From Zygnema circumcarinatum SAG 698-1b (Eukaryota > Plantae > Zygnematophyceae): 64,000 nt of DNA. Positions 32,892 through 46,048 of the stretch are shown here, one piece after another; positions within the stretch are counted from its first letter, which is position 1, and every line of letters starts with the position of its first letter. The DNA lies in NCBI GenBank assembly GCA_037447605.1, contig CM074808.1:2170001-2234000 (forward strand), in the 5' to 3' direction. Under the pieces are notes generated by a model. The model worked only from the letters and a program-made list of their open reading frames with translations, made no database searches and was not told where the DNA came from. The translations under genes and the position numbers were made by a program.

Positions 32892-34252
32892 TAGTGATCA
32901 TTGTCAAAGTTGTGGGGAATTAAATGCACATTGGGACGGAGGCGGATGCATGTATGTATGTATGCATGTATGTATGTGGCATTGAGTTGACCTCGCGGTG
33001 GGGATGCATGCGTGCCATCCCATGTGTGCATCGACCACGACAACACCATGGAGAACCACGCGGCGCAAAGCAGGCTCTCATGGAACTCAGAAACGCGTCG
33101 TTGAAACTCTCGATGGAACAGCGCATGTGGCTAGCCTGCTTGACTTGTCACTTAGATGATAGGCTCTTTGGTTATGGTGGCCTTTATCACTTTCAATGGT
33201 GGCTGATTCAGCTTCTTTGATAAGTGTTTTTCTGTGTCCCAAAGTCGACATGGGGTGCTCCATGAGTCGGATTCGGTTGCTTCTCGCTGGTCGAGCAAGA
33301 CTCCCCCGATTCAGCCGCACCTCTCCTCCACACATCACACCTTCCGCATGATGTCCTTCACCACGCGCATGTCCTTCAAACAAAACATCGCTGCAACATC
33401 CCCTTTCTAAACATCACTACATTCACAGGGTGGTTCCTCCTTTTTTTTATTCACAAAATTGTAATCAGAGAAGGGAGGTAAGGCCAAGGAGGGATGTCGC
33501 ATTGATCTGACGATGGCGATGATGCCATCAAATGTACATGGACAACATCATCATGGGGAAGGAACCACAAAGAACTGGACCAATAGGACAAAGGACCTAA
33601 CGACAAAACAAGAGCTAGAAGCTGAAAGCTACGCCTAGGCTCAACAATCACATTCGTACACTTGCACATCCACCCGTACACCAAAGCGTACGGTCATTCG
33701 TACAATACATCCGACTTCGCCAATCCGTACGCCCTGGATTTTGAAAAATTACAGTACGAAGGCAAAAGTGACTGAATCTACCACGTTAGCACCCCCCACC
33801 AATCAGAAGCCGGCCTTGCCTGGCTGCCGGCGGGCGGTCCGGGGCAGGCTCCACGCGACGCCTTCTTGGCTACAGTATCCTTTTTCCGGCCTCCCTGCAG
33901 ATCCCTGCAGATCTCGTTTTCGTACGGTCTGCCGACAAAACGTTGCCGGTTCCAAAACAAAGTTTCTTCTGGCCGCGGCTCGCCAGAATTTTCTGTGTCC
34001 CGAAATCTGCCCGCCGCCGCTGAACCCCGCCCACATAGAACGCGCTGGAATGAGGCTGAACAGAACGACGCGAAACTGAACGGCGCGAAACTGAGAGCAC
34101 ATGTAAACTACATATGGAGCGGGTTTAGGGTTCGGCTGCTCTGGTCCGCGGCCCCTCCCTCTCCGTGCTCCTCTCCCTCCCATCCCTCTCCCTTCCCCCC
34201 TCCCTCCCCCCCTCTCTCCCTCCCCGGCCCTCCCCCCCTGGGGCATGCGGGG

Positions 34253-36315
34253 ATGATGTCTGCGGGCGCGCGGGCCGTGTGGCGCCGCGCGCTGAGCTCT
34301 GTGGCGGGGGCGGGGGCGGGGGCGGAGAGGGAGGCCATCAGCGCGGTGGAGCGTAGCGCGGGGGGGAAGATCTCGGCGAAGAAGGAGCGGCGCGCGGGGA
34401 TGTGCCCGAGCGTGGTGTACGAGCAGCGTGACGGCCATCTGGGCGGGCACAAGCGCCTCATCTCCGTGCCGGCGCTGCAGATAATGCGCCTCGTGCAGAA
34501 GTACGGCCGCTCGTTCTTCCTCTCGCGCCTCTTCGACCTCGAGATCTCCTCCCTGGGTTCAGAGGGGGAGCCCACTGTCACCCGCGAACGCGTGCTGCCG
34601 CGGCAGGTGAGGCGCGCCCCTTCTAGGCTTAAGAGGTCTCCTCCGCACCTCCTGCCTGCATGATGCTCGCCAAGAATCGACCACTGTCTGCATAGAATGT
34701 CGCTAGAATGTGTCGGTCCAGATATGGCTTCAACAGCATATATTTGGGGAATTTGACCTGCTGCTGGGCTGAAGGGCTTGTCCAAGTCCTTTTTACACTT
34801 GGCTGCGTCTTTCCTTGTTAGGGATTGAAGCAACGTTAAGTCCACAATTTTAATCACAGTGCATGTTATGTGAAGCTGTGAAGCTTAGATCATGTCCGTG
34901 ATTACTCCTTGGGCCAGCTACGTGGGCCAAAAAGTGTCAGCAAGGTGTAAGTTGGCTTTGAGTAATCGCGTTTCTTTTTTCTCTTAGTCCATCCATCAAA
35001 TTGCTGGTCCAAAATCAACGAGTAATATTTGTTAGTATTGGGATGATCGAGTTACAGATTATTAATAATATGTATCCTCGTCCACGATAACATAGTGCAA
35101 TGTTGGTGATTCGAGCATAGCTTTATTTGTTTTCTAGCGTGTTTAAGACATTTCAGTGCAAAAGCCAATGGTTTGGAAGGCCTTGTAGGCTTGAGAGGCA
35201 AAAGGGAAAAGAGCTCAAACCTAAAGGCAATTTGGTTTGTTTGTTTTTTGTTTGTTTTCATTGGGGATGTCAAATTGAAACAGTTGCACCTTCATGCTGG
35301 CAACAATCAACTTCTCAATGTGACCTTCTTGCGAGCACCGCCAGAGGCGCGCATAAAGGTTAACGTTCCCCTCGTCTTTGTGGGAGAAGATGCTTGCATC
35401 GGCCTTCGAAAAGGTACGAATGCTGTACTCCTATATGTTTTCTCCCTCTCTCTCTCGCCCCTCTCGGTCTCTCTCTCCTCCTCTCCCCCCCTCCCTCCCT
35501 TCCATCACATCCCTATTTTCATCAGCCTCTCCAGTCCAACCGTTGATCTCCGCTCCCTTCAACCCACCGTCCAAACACCTCTCCCACCTTTGCTTTCTGT
35601 CCTTGAGACGGCTCATCCTCTTCGGCACATGTTATCGCGCCCTCTTGAGGTATGAGAGGTAGGAAGTGAAAGGAGGCTCGAGCACTAAGCAGAGAGCTTA
35701 AGGAACATAACGAATGTAAGGTGTGGTGTAGAGGACATGGGAGGGGAGATTGCTGTATAGCTTAAAGGGGCAGGCAGATATGGTATGAGAGAAGAAATGG
35801 AGTGAGTAGTAATGGGGAGGAGACAGGAAGAGTGGGGGAGGCAGTCAGGGTTGAATCAAGTTGAATCAAGTCGTGAAGGAAAAGTATTCAGTTGGGACTT
35901 TTTGGGACGAGTTGGACGGTTTGGATATAGACAGAAGTGATAGGAAGGGTCTGAGCTTTCCTCAATCTCCTTCCTTTTTTTTTTGGGGTTCTCTACCCTC
36001 CTAGCCTCCTCGCTCCGTTTTCGTCCACTTATTAGCCAGCGATTCCCTGTGTGAGCTCCTTTGACACATAATGAAGAACTTTTGTTGTGTGCAGGTGGTT
36101 ATTTGAACACCATCTTGCGAACAGTGGAATATGAGTGCCCAGCAAGTGCCATCCCTCCTTTCATTGAAGTGGACCTCAGCCCCCTGAAGATAGGCGACAA
36201 AGTTTTGTTGAGAGATCTTCCTGTCGACAGCGAATTAAAATTAATTCAACAAGATGCCTCTCGCCCTGTTTGTAAAATAGGAGGCAATCCGTCCGTTGCG
36301 GATGAGCCAAGTTAA
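34253..36315 (+). CDS. rplY: Ribosomal protein bL25/CTC, probably mitochondrial; exons 34253-34606, 35284-35413, 36095-36315
   Basis: ERRAGMCPSVVYEQRDGHLGGHKRLISV...FFLSRLFDLE, VLPRQLHLH..LLNVTFLRAP..IKVNVPLVFVGED..GLRKGGYLNTILRTV..CPA..IPPFIEVDLS match plant bL25; presequence-like N-terminus; phase 0 and phase 1 introns. Confidence 0.93.
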
Positions 36316-36590
36316 AGCATTATTTTGCAGCAGATCGAGCTTCCTGCATTGAGCTAGCTATTCTTCGTCCAATGCATCCTTCCATGCGAGTTTTACCACG
36401 CAGTTCCTTCCATGTTGAAGTATTTGAGCAATGAACGATGGTTCCTTAGCACTCTTGAGTTTTCAAACCTTTGGCTTTTTGTCAGAGCACGCAGAATAGG
36501 CACAGCCTTTCTCATGTTGTTGCTGAATTTTGTCCGTCTATTTAGTTCCTTTCCCTTCCGCCCCTTCCTTTACGCCGCCCAAACTGCGGT

Positions 36591-36976
36591 GAGCTCATCA
36601 AATTGCGACCTCCTCAGATCCGAAGGAGAAGAAGGTCAGTACAGGTCCAGCACGCTCTAAACGGACGGTCGGGATGCATCCACCCATTAGGGGGGGTCCG
36701 ACCTTTGACCATCGCTTACGAAATTCTCGAATTCCTTATACTAAAAGTCACTTTTTTCGTGTACGAATTCCGGTTTGGGATCCGCGGCTTCGCCGAGCCC
36801 AGCCGTACTGAAATGCGTAGCTAGCCAACGCTTAATTTGCCCGACACAACTTAATTGATTTGGCGATGGTCAAGGTCTGACTCCCCCTAATGGATGGATG
36901 CATCCTGACCGTCCGTTTAGAGCGTCCGCGTCCGCGTCCGCGTCCGCGTCTGAGGAGGTCGCAATTTGATGAGCTC
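36591..36976. mobile_element. 386-bp foldback/MITE-like element with long inverted arms, followed by a deleted partial copy (36981-37088)
   Basis: Perfect 28-bp inverted repeat 36591-36618 / 36949-36976; second inverted pair 36653-36715 / 36863-36924 (4 mismatches, 1 indel); 36981-37088 repeats the element start fused to its about 36701-36792 interior; no TSD seen. Confidence 0.75.
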
Positions 36977-38987
36977 GGGGGAGCTCATCAAATTAACCTT
37001 TGACCATCGCTTACAAAATTCCTGAATTCCTTATACTAAAAGTCACTTCTTTCGTGTACCAATTCCGGTTCGGGATCCGCGGCTTCGCGGATAAAGGTAC
37101 TCATTTCGATTGCAGAATTCGGCTCGGAAACCGCGGCTTTCCCGAACCTGTCTGTCAACCAAGTCAATTATTGTGAGTTGTCTATTTTGAGTAGAGGCAG
37201 GATCCTCTAACCTCCTCCTTTAGATTCATTTTGTGAGAAAAGCAGAAAGATAACTGCAAAATGTGAGTAGCTGTACCACAACAAAAAGTGCACAAGGAAA
37301 TTGAAGGTCCTGTCGGCATTTAAGGACGCATATTTTGACTTATCAAGTGTCGGATATTTTGACTTATCAAGTGTGGGATATGCAAAGACTGTAGGGAAGG
37401 GAACTTGATAAGACAGGCATTACCATGACATGCACGCAATCATAGACGTATGACATGATATGCATATATATCATTCGTAAATGCTGATAGTGACTTTGAA
37501 AAAGTTGAACATAAGAGAGCAGTTATATGTAACAACAGAGAGAGTGGAGTGGTTTATTAAAGGCCCTCACCTTCCCCGGGTAGCTCCAACCAAAAAAAAA
37601 AAAATCACTTGTGGTGCGAATTAAAGGACACATCAGATTTTTCATAAAAATATCATCAAAAAACATATTAAATATTTCAATCGTTTTGGATAATTAAATT
37701 ATTTAAGGAAAAGCCTCTGAAGCAGTTCAACTCTGATAAATAGCCCTCAAGTCCTACTTGTCTACCACTACCGTGACTTCAAAATTTCTCAAAACTAAAA
37801 GAATCGATCAACTTTGTCTACAAAACGTTTTGGCCGCAAAAAGTGTTCCTTTCCCTTAAGTTATTTGCTTCACGCAAAGGGTGAGTCGGCAAGCAGCTGT
37901 CGGTTCAAAGCCTGTACGAGGCATTTCGGTTTTCCCAAATGATGTTTTTTCCGGTCTTTAACAAAAGTTGGTAAAATTGAAGGTGTTCTTGTAGAGACTC
38001 GTTTAGAAATTTACTCCTTCGAGTTATCTCTTTATTGTCCCCACTGCTGTGAGATTTGCGAACGAATTCTTTTGCTGTAAAGACGCATTTCACCCAAAAC
38101 CCACCATCACGTCTCTTCACGTTCAAACGCACATACTCTAATTCCCAAAAAAAAAAAACCAAAAGTGAAGGAACTGTAAAACCCCTAACCCGAAGCCTCT
38201 GAACCTTTTTAACCCTCCGAACTCCCCACTCGTTTCTCCCTCTCTCTCACACACACACAACTTGCCATGCTCCATGCTCTCCTCCGTTGTCGGTACATGG
38301 CTGGACCAAATGATGCTCAGCCAGCTCTGCGGAGTGCATCCGCCAGAGCCTACAGAGTGGCAGACTTGCATTAGCTAACTGGTTTTGGCTTGGCTACTAG
38401 CAGACCTGGTCATGACCAGGGAGCCATGCCCTGAATTAGCAGGACCTGTGGTCATGGCTACTTGGAGTCATGACCCTATGATCGGCTCTAGACCAAAACG
38501 CTCAATGGTGAACGGACCCCATCATGTACATTCTCGCTTGGAGGAAGATGACAAGCTCACAGGAAGGTCTCAAATTCTTTCAAGTTGTTGACATCAGAGG
38601 ATCCTGACGTCAGTGGCCTACCTAAGGTAAAAGGCAGTACAGAGCTGGTCCTGCTTACACTAGGCCTTGAGGGCATCTTCTGCCTGACTGCCTATGACAC
38701 GAAAATGGCTAGGAATACAGACCGCCAGTTCATCTGCGGGTACACAAAGTTCAACAAGGGCATCCTGCAGAAGGCATAAGTACAGCCAAGCCTGGCTGCT
38801 TCCTCACGATTCTTTAGTTCTGCCATTCTATTTGAAAGCAATTGCTCAGGCCCAGGGAGTAAAAAGAAGTGACACAAATTTCCGAATAAGAATCACTCCA
38901 GCTGGTACAGTGGCTTCTACATACCCTGGACCTGGAAATAGCAGCTCCTAACTACATGGTAAACCATTATGACACCTCCGAATGTTG

Positions 38988-41900
38988 CTAGGCAGCGTTT
39001 GTGACTGCTGCCACCTCGTCGGCGAAGTTACTAGACTTCTTTTCCAAGCCTTCCCCCAACGTATATCTCTTGAACCTCCTCACCTGAATGTTCTCACCTA
39101 GCGACGCCACTGTCTCCTTAATCAGGTCCTTAACAAATAGCTTATCATTTCTAATGTAAGGCTGCTCCAACAACGCAAACTCTCCCAATCTCTTCGCCAT
39201 ACGGCCATCCACCACCTTCGCTCGGATAGCTTCTGGCTTTTTTAGTAAGTCCTCCTCGCCCATAGCAATTTCTCTCTCCTTCGCAGCTACTTCTGGGTCA
39301 ATATCATCTACACTCACAAAGTCGACTTGAGGGCATGCAACCACTTGCATGGCCAGCTCCTTCACCAGTTCCTGAAACTTATCGCCCCGCGCAACAAAAT
39401 CAGTTTCGCAGTTGACCTCCACCATCACACCGATACGCCCGTCATGAATGTAGCTCCCAATGAGGCCTTCCGTAGCAGCCCTGCTGGACTTCTTCTCAGC
39501 ACTTGCAAGCCCCTTCTTCCGCAAAAACTCTGTTGCCTTCTCCAAGTTGTTATCAGTTGCTGCCAGGGCCTTCTTGCAGTCCATCATACCTGCCCCTGTC
39601 GACTCCCTCAGCTCTTTCACTAACGCAGCTGAGACAACCACCTTGGGGGCCTCTTCGGCAGCTGACTCTGCTGCTTCTACTGGAGACGGAGGGGGCACTT
39701 CTACCTTTGGAGCAGTGTTCACAGTTGCAGCAGCAGCAACTTCAGCGGCAAAGTCACTCGACTTCTTTTGTAAACCCTCTCCAAGATTGAACCTCTGAAA
39801 CCTTCGCACCTGAATCTTCTCACCAAGTTTCGCCACTGATTCCTTAATGAGATCCTTGACCAAAACCTTGTCATCCTTTATGTATGGCTGCTCTAATAGT
39901 GCGAATTTGTTCAGGACCTTTCCAATACGCCCATCTACAATCTTTGCTCTAATTGCTTCTGGTTTGCTAGCCAAGTCCTCCCTCTGCATTTCTATCTCCC
40001 TCTCCTTCGCAATAACCATAGGGTCCAGGTCCTCCACGGAAACAACCTCCACCTCCGGGCAAGCGGCAATTTGCATCCCAAGGTCCTCCACCAACTGTCT
40101 GAAATCATTCCCTCGAGATACGAAGTCCGTCTCACAATTTACTTCAACGAGCACTCCAATGCGGCCATCATGGATGTAACTGTGCACAAGGCCCTCTGTA
40201 GCAATGCGACTCGCTTTCTTCTCCGCACTCGCCAGACCCTTCTTTCGGAGAAGCTCTTTCGCTACTTCAAGGTTTCCAGCAGCTTCAGCCAAAGCCTTCT
40301 TGCAGGCCATCATGCCGGCACCGGTCTCTTCGCGAAGCGCTTTTACAGCTGCTGCTGAAATTCCTCCAGCCGTGGACTCTGCAAATGAATAGACAGGTTG
40401 TCAGAAAAACGAGCAAGAATGAAAGCAAGTAACTCTTCCTTAACCAAGATAACTTTCCATAGGCTGATTGCTGATACCAGACTTGTGATACTACTTAGAA
40501 GATCTACTCGACCTAGGAAGACAGTTTAAAGCATAGTAACTTAGAATTTTGTAGCTCTGCCATGTTTGGATAGAGAAACTGGCTAAGATAGAAACAAACT
40601 TACACTAGGACACCCATAACAACAGGCTTGTCTGTCGTTGTCAGTCCTATTATAATCATAAGCCACGACTTCATGACACAACCGTACTGCAACATAGGTT
40701 TGTCGCAAGAACCTGCAAACTCGATATGATGATACGAACTATTTACCAAGTTTATATTATGAAGGTTCATCTGCATCGTGCCTAGTGCGACCCGTTTCGC
40801 CCAGAAGATCTACTGAAGGCATAGAATCAGAAGGGCTTAGCCAATACAGTCTGATCATAATTATCTTCTAAACTTCTACATGAATTTACCAGGCTAACGC
40901 ACAGCATTCTTTCAAACCATAAACGACTACTGCCCTAAATTAGAGACCCAACTGATCCCACAGGTCAACTAACCTGACGTTGATGTCTCAGTTGCTGCTA
41001 CGGGCGGGGGGGCAGCAACCACCGGTTCTGAAGCTGAATCAACGATAGGCGCCACCTCGGGCACCTCGGGTTGGGCTTCAGTGACAGCGACCTCATCAGA
41101 TTTCACTACCTCAGGCACATCCTCTTCGGCAACTCCTTCAACAACAGCAACAGCCTCAACTGCTTCTGCAGATTCAACTGCTTCTACTGGCATCTCTGCT
41201 TCCAACTCTGCAGACTCAGTTACCTCTACTGGCATTTCTGCTTCCACCACTGCAGGCTCAGTCGTCTCAACTGCCTCCTGTAGTTCCACTGCGGCTACAC
41301 TCTCCGCCACAACAGGCTCAGGCTCATTCACTATTTCCTCTCCAATGGTTTCCTCTGCCGTGGGCGCATCGACTGTCACAACATCTTCTGTCACAGCAGG
41401 GCTTTCAGTTGGCGCGGGATCAGCGGCCTGCTCCTCCACTACATCTGAACTTTTCTGCTCAAGTGAATCCACACTTACAGCAACGATTGGTTCCGCTGTT
41501 TCGAGGACCTCCTCAGGTTCATCAGCCTTAACCAGAGTATCTGAAGCAGTGTCAGCCACTGCTTCAGCCTGCGTCTCAGGCTCAGGCTCAGGCTCAGACT
41601 CAGGAATCAGATTGTATCGCCTGAAAGCTTCCACAAAAGGATTGCTTGCTGCAGCTCCTCCAGTAGAGAGGCCAGAATTCACCCCCTTCAACTGATGAAT
41701 AACAGAAGGAAAGGAAAAGAAAAAAATCAGCGACGAGAGGGATGTTGACAAGATGCTTACTCGCCTAACTCTGACTACCTCGCATATTCATTCACAGCGC
41801 ATGACGAGCAACTTTTCTGTGGAATCCTTCAAACAGCTACGTCTGCAACTCCCATACATACATACATGACTAATTGCTGAATGAACAGGTTACTTTGCAA

Positions 41901-44900
41901 GGTTCGGTCCATTGTCTAGACCGTCTTAGTTGAAACAAGAGTGTGCCTTAAGGAGACATTGAGACTGGGACTGGGGAACGAGGGACTCACATCCACTTCT
42001 CCCTTCATCGACAAGCTGATCTTACCTCGCTGCAAGGGTGCAGAGAGAGCGACAAAAGTCAGTAGCTAAAAACGAATAAGCACAAATCACAGCAAGCGAC
42101 TATCACTACTTTGAATGATGCTCCACTTGAATGCATCATGGATGCTAGCCATGCCAGGATGAAATTGAAAACGTCTAACGATCCATTCATTCGTCAGGAT
42201 ATGACTTTCACAATGCCAATGTGCAAAATGGGAAACCCTCAGGACTCGAAGGTGGCTGTACAGAATGACAACAAGCAAGCTTCTGACATGTGAAATTCTT
42301 TGTTTTCAAATAGAATTGTACCTTCAAACGATTGTCTAACTGATGGACGTCTTACTGACCAACACATATCCATGAACAGTGTAATTTTCCCTTCTGACAT
42401 TACCTATTTGCTAGGCGACAAACTACTAGACATGTTATGCCTTAAACGAGTTCAGATTAAATAGCCCTTTCGGTGGACGAGGTGAGGAATGAAAGATACA
42501 TGGCTACCTGCAACGAAAATGGCTTTAAGAAAATAACAACGAGCAATCTTAAGCCGATTACCTGGTATTTGCATCTATCATATACAATAGTTTGGAATTG
42601 CCTAACTGCTTGTCGAGCCATCCTTCCCATTATCATGGTCCCTATGATAGCCTGTCCAGATAAATGTTCGAAGCAAGTGAGAGAATACATACCTCGACTT
42701 TGAGGATTCGAACTTCTACCTCCTGACCAACTGAGAGTTGACTTTCAAGCGGCAAGCCTGTCACAAAAAAAGAATGTGCTTAGGTGCAAAGTACAATTAC
42801 TCCTTACCAAACAGTTGACTGCAGAAACCAGACCCTCAAGATCTGAAAGTCCCAATAATCAAGGAAGACTTTTTCTAATGAGGACAGCATAAGAAAAATC
42901 GTCATCACTTGTTCTTGATTGGCCAACCGCTTCAGGTTAATGTACATGCAACTCACATGGAAAACGTCCCTTCATGCAGTTTTCCTGATCGCTAAACGAA
43001 TGCAAACATTGCCTCAAGTTCAGTAGGCAGTCACTATTACTTACACCGGATCAGCATCTTCTAACTCTGTACAGAAGTTAATGTCAAGGTTTTCGAGGAA
43101 GAGAACATGTAAGGAATCGTCAGTGGTCTAGGCCATTCCTTACGTTTTCTCGTACTCCAGAACCTTGACTTCCACGAGCGCAATGTTCATTTTCTTCGAG
43201 TGGGCCCAAACACTCTTGCGGCAGGAAGTACTGACCTAATTGAGCACTTGTAGAAAGCTTTGTACAGCACAGTATAGCAGTCGGACATTTCAAGTTCATT
43301 CTCATAGCAGGATACAGCTGCAAAATGCTCATCAAAATGCTATACAGTTACAAGAAAACAAACTAACCTCCATCAGCAACTTCTGTAGTATGGACAAGGC
43401 CCTCTACACCCGCCTGGAGCTCCACGAAAGCGCCGAACTTCGTTAAGCTCTTCACAACACCATTCACTTTCTGCCACCCAAGAAAAAGCTGGCTCAATTT
43501 TCTGATGCCTGCTAAGATGGCCCGTGACAACTGTAAACAGTATCAGACATAATAGCAAAAGAAACAAAATTTTGTTGTCCTACTTATAATTGAAAATTCT
43601 GAGTAAAACCTAAACCCAATGGACTCCTGCGTTCGTTTCAGCTCAAAGGGTCACAAGCTATTTACACCAGCTCAAAGAGCAGCTTTTACAACTAGAAAGC
43701 AAAACCTTCCCTTCGAGAAGAAATTCACCCTGAATCTCTAGTTGACACTAACTTCGCTAAACCAGCCATCGCAAGTAGAAGGATCCTCACGGCAGAACTC
43801 AGACCTGTCCCTTCTTGAAGTTATGTGTTGGGGCTGCATCGTCCTTAGGGGGTCTGCGATTGCCTCTTCCAGCCACCTTTCCCCGGTTGAAAGGCCTGTC
43901 TCCTCCAGCATTTTCATCTCCTTCCTGATATGAGCTTGATGATTTCGCTGCTTCCTTCTCCGCAGCGCGGTCACGCATAGACAAGGAGAGTCTACTTTTG
44001 TCAACTTCCTTCACCCACACAGTAACTGTTTGGCCGATGCTCACCACGTTCTCCACGTTATCTACAAATTCATTCTGCCAAGCGTCCCCGGTCCAACCAT
44101 CAGATTAACAAGAAGAATGAAAGGGATCAATAAGTGCCATAGGACAACAAGCTGGCGACTGTCAGCGTTCATAATCACAATTCCTGTTTCAGGGCAAAGT
44201 GTTGCTCTGTTTGTAAGTAATTCGCCTCAAAAATGGACGTATGATGGAATGACGAGGACGGCTATGCCAATTACTGCATGTAATAGTGGGGTCTTCAAAT
44301 TGTTCATTGATCCATGACTTAGACTATGCTCATACGAGGCGATTCTGCAATCTCATAAACTTGTGGAAACTTCTCATATTCAAATGAGGAATGCCCTGGC
44401 AATGAATTTTCAGCTTCTAGCTATCCTCAAGCCTCAACTTTGCTCGTCTGCTGGGAGCCAGGGAACGTCTGTCTCGTTTGTCTGTCTGCTGCTCGTCTGC
44501 TGGGAGCCAGTGGCGAACTTACCGATAACTCGGATATATGGACAAGGCCATCAGTAAATGTACCGATATCCACAAAGCAGCCATATGGCACAACCGTTTT
44601 CTGCAAGACCAGCAAAAAAGAAAAAAAATTGACGACATTACGAAACAGGCTTGGAAAAGTAAAACAGCCCTTTATAAACCAATGCTCAGCAGTTCTTCTA
44701 AATTATGCTCTCCACAGAAAAACAACAGTAGAAAAATCGATAATTCAACACTGGAAACATGCACCTGCTGGATACGCTACTGGCAATCAGCTCATCATTG
44801 AGCATGGTATCCAACACAAGAGCGCACCTTTCAGTCTTTAAAACTAAGTGCTTACCTGTCACAAGTGGTCACTGCACAATCAGAGGAGCTCCAATACTGT

Positions 44901-45479
44901 TAAGCTTTTGATTAAGTAAACGTCAAGTCAGAAACCTTACCACTTTGCCCTCATAACTTTGACCAACTTGAATGTCTTTCATATCCAATGTGACCCTGCG
45001 TCGTTGCCGCGAAATGGGTCCTCGCCGAGCTTTCTCAGCTTGGGGCTGTGGTGATGCTTCTTCGGATGAGGAGGGAGGCAGCGCTTCTTCAGCGACAGCA
45101 GGTTCTTCCACAACTGTCTCTCCTTCAATTTCCACAGCTGACCGGATGCTGCTGATTCCGGAGTTAAATTCCACAGAGGTCCGAGCTGCAGCAAGCCGAA
45201 GAGCTGCGGATCTCCATGTACCCAGATATGCAAGGGAGCCAGCTTGCCTCGCCGTTGCAACCGTCCTGCACTCGGCCGCCGCAGTAGCCTGGGCGTCATT
45301 ATCATTCTCTACTTTGAAGGAACAGACTCAGGATACACTCCACATCCAGTTGCTACAATGCACACCGCGCTGAAACGAAATCATATTGTAAAACCGAAGA
45401 GAAAAGTACCTCCAGGATCCACCCAAGGTAAGGCCTCGACATCGAACGCTGGAAGACGACAATGAGCCGTGGGACCCAT
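38988..45479 (-). CDS. PETs: Plastid polyprotein of EF-Ts (PETs: two S1 domains/PSRP-7, acidic linker, two EF-Ts modules); exons 45479-45410, 45308-44941, 44600-44523, 44074-43805, 43470-43368, 42757-42693, 42029-41991, 41691-40974, 40378-38988
   Basis: S1 motifs [30 protein letters not shown] and [24 protein letters not shown]; SNPFVEAFR; two copies of [55 protein letters not shown]; all introns phase-consistent; the first exon/start is less certain. Confidence 0.95.
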
Positions 45480-46048
45480 TCACCCTTCCCTGCAAAACTC
45501 CCCACCTCCGCCAACTCAGAAACGGATTCACTCTCAGCCCTTAACGTCCCGCCCTCAGACCACTCTCTTCAAGCAAACACACAGCAACAATCACCCGCTC
45601 CCAATCTCACTCCCCGCCTGCCACCCTCACCCTCACCCTCACCTCAATTGCCGCTGCACGGAGCTCAACCGCGGCGGGCGCGGCCTGCATTGCAAGCAGC
45701 GTGGAGAGGGGAGCCATGGCCGCCAGATGCCCGAAAGCGCCGAACCCTGCAGGGTTTCTGCGCCGGCGGAGAGAGGGCGAGAGGGAGAGAAAGAGCGAGG
45801 GGCGGCGGCGCGGCAAAGAAAGGGCCTCCCTTGGGGCCCCCCCGGGGCGATTGGGCCCGCCACGTGGGCGGCTCGCCATCCGACGCGTGGCAGGGTGGGG
45901 CAGATTGCGGGCCGCGACGTGGCGCGATCTGGGCCGTCGGCTGGCTGCCTTGCTTGGAGCGAGCGAGTGGCTGCAGGAGGGAGGGTGCCATGCGGGGGGA
46001 GGCCATGGCGCAGAGGCGACGCTGATCAGAGGGGGTGTGAGGCCGGCC
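45480..46048. promoter_or_regulatory. Bidirectional GC-rich promoter of PETs/TFB1
   Basis: Divergent starts about 570 bp apart; G-box GCCACGTGG near 45859-45867, ACGTGGC near 45916 and site-II-like TGGGCC motifs. Confidence 0.55.

Noticed and set aside
32920-33700. Short minus-strand ORFs as possible transposase remnants next to the MITE
   Set aside because: No DDE or HTH motif could be recognised.
37330-37374. 24-bp-period tandem duplication (ATATTTTGACTTATCAAGTGT x2)
   Set aside because: An isolated two-copy slippage duplication in AT-rich intergenic DNA; no further structure.
41081-41695. 204-aa Ser/Thr-rich plus-strand ORF (mucin-like)
   Set aside because: Antisense shadow of the acidic PETs linker exon.
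42704-42713. GTTCGAATCC T-loop-like word on the minus strand (tRNA?)
   Set aside because: It lies in the PETs coding exon (VEVRILKVE); no T-stem pairing or cloverleaf.
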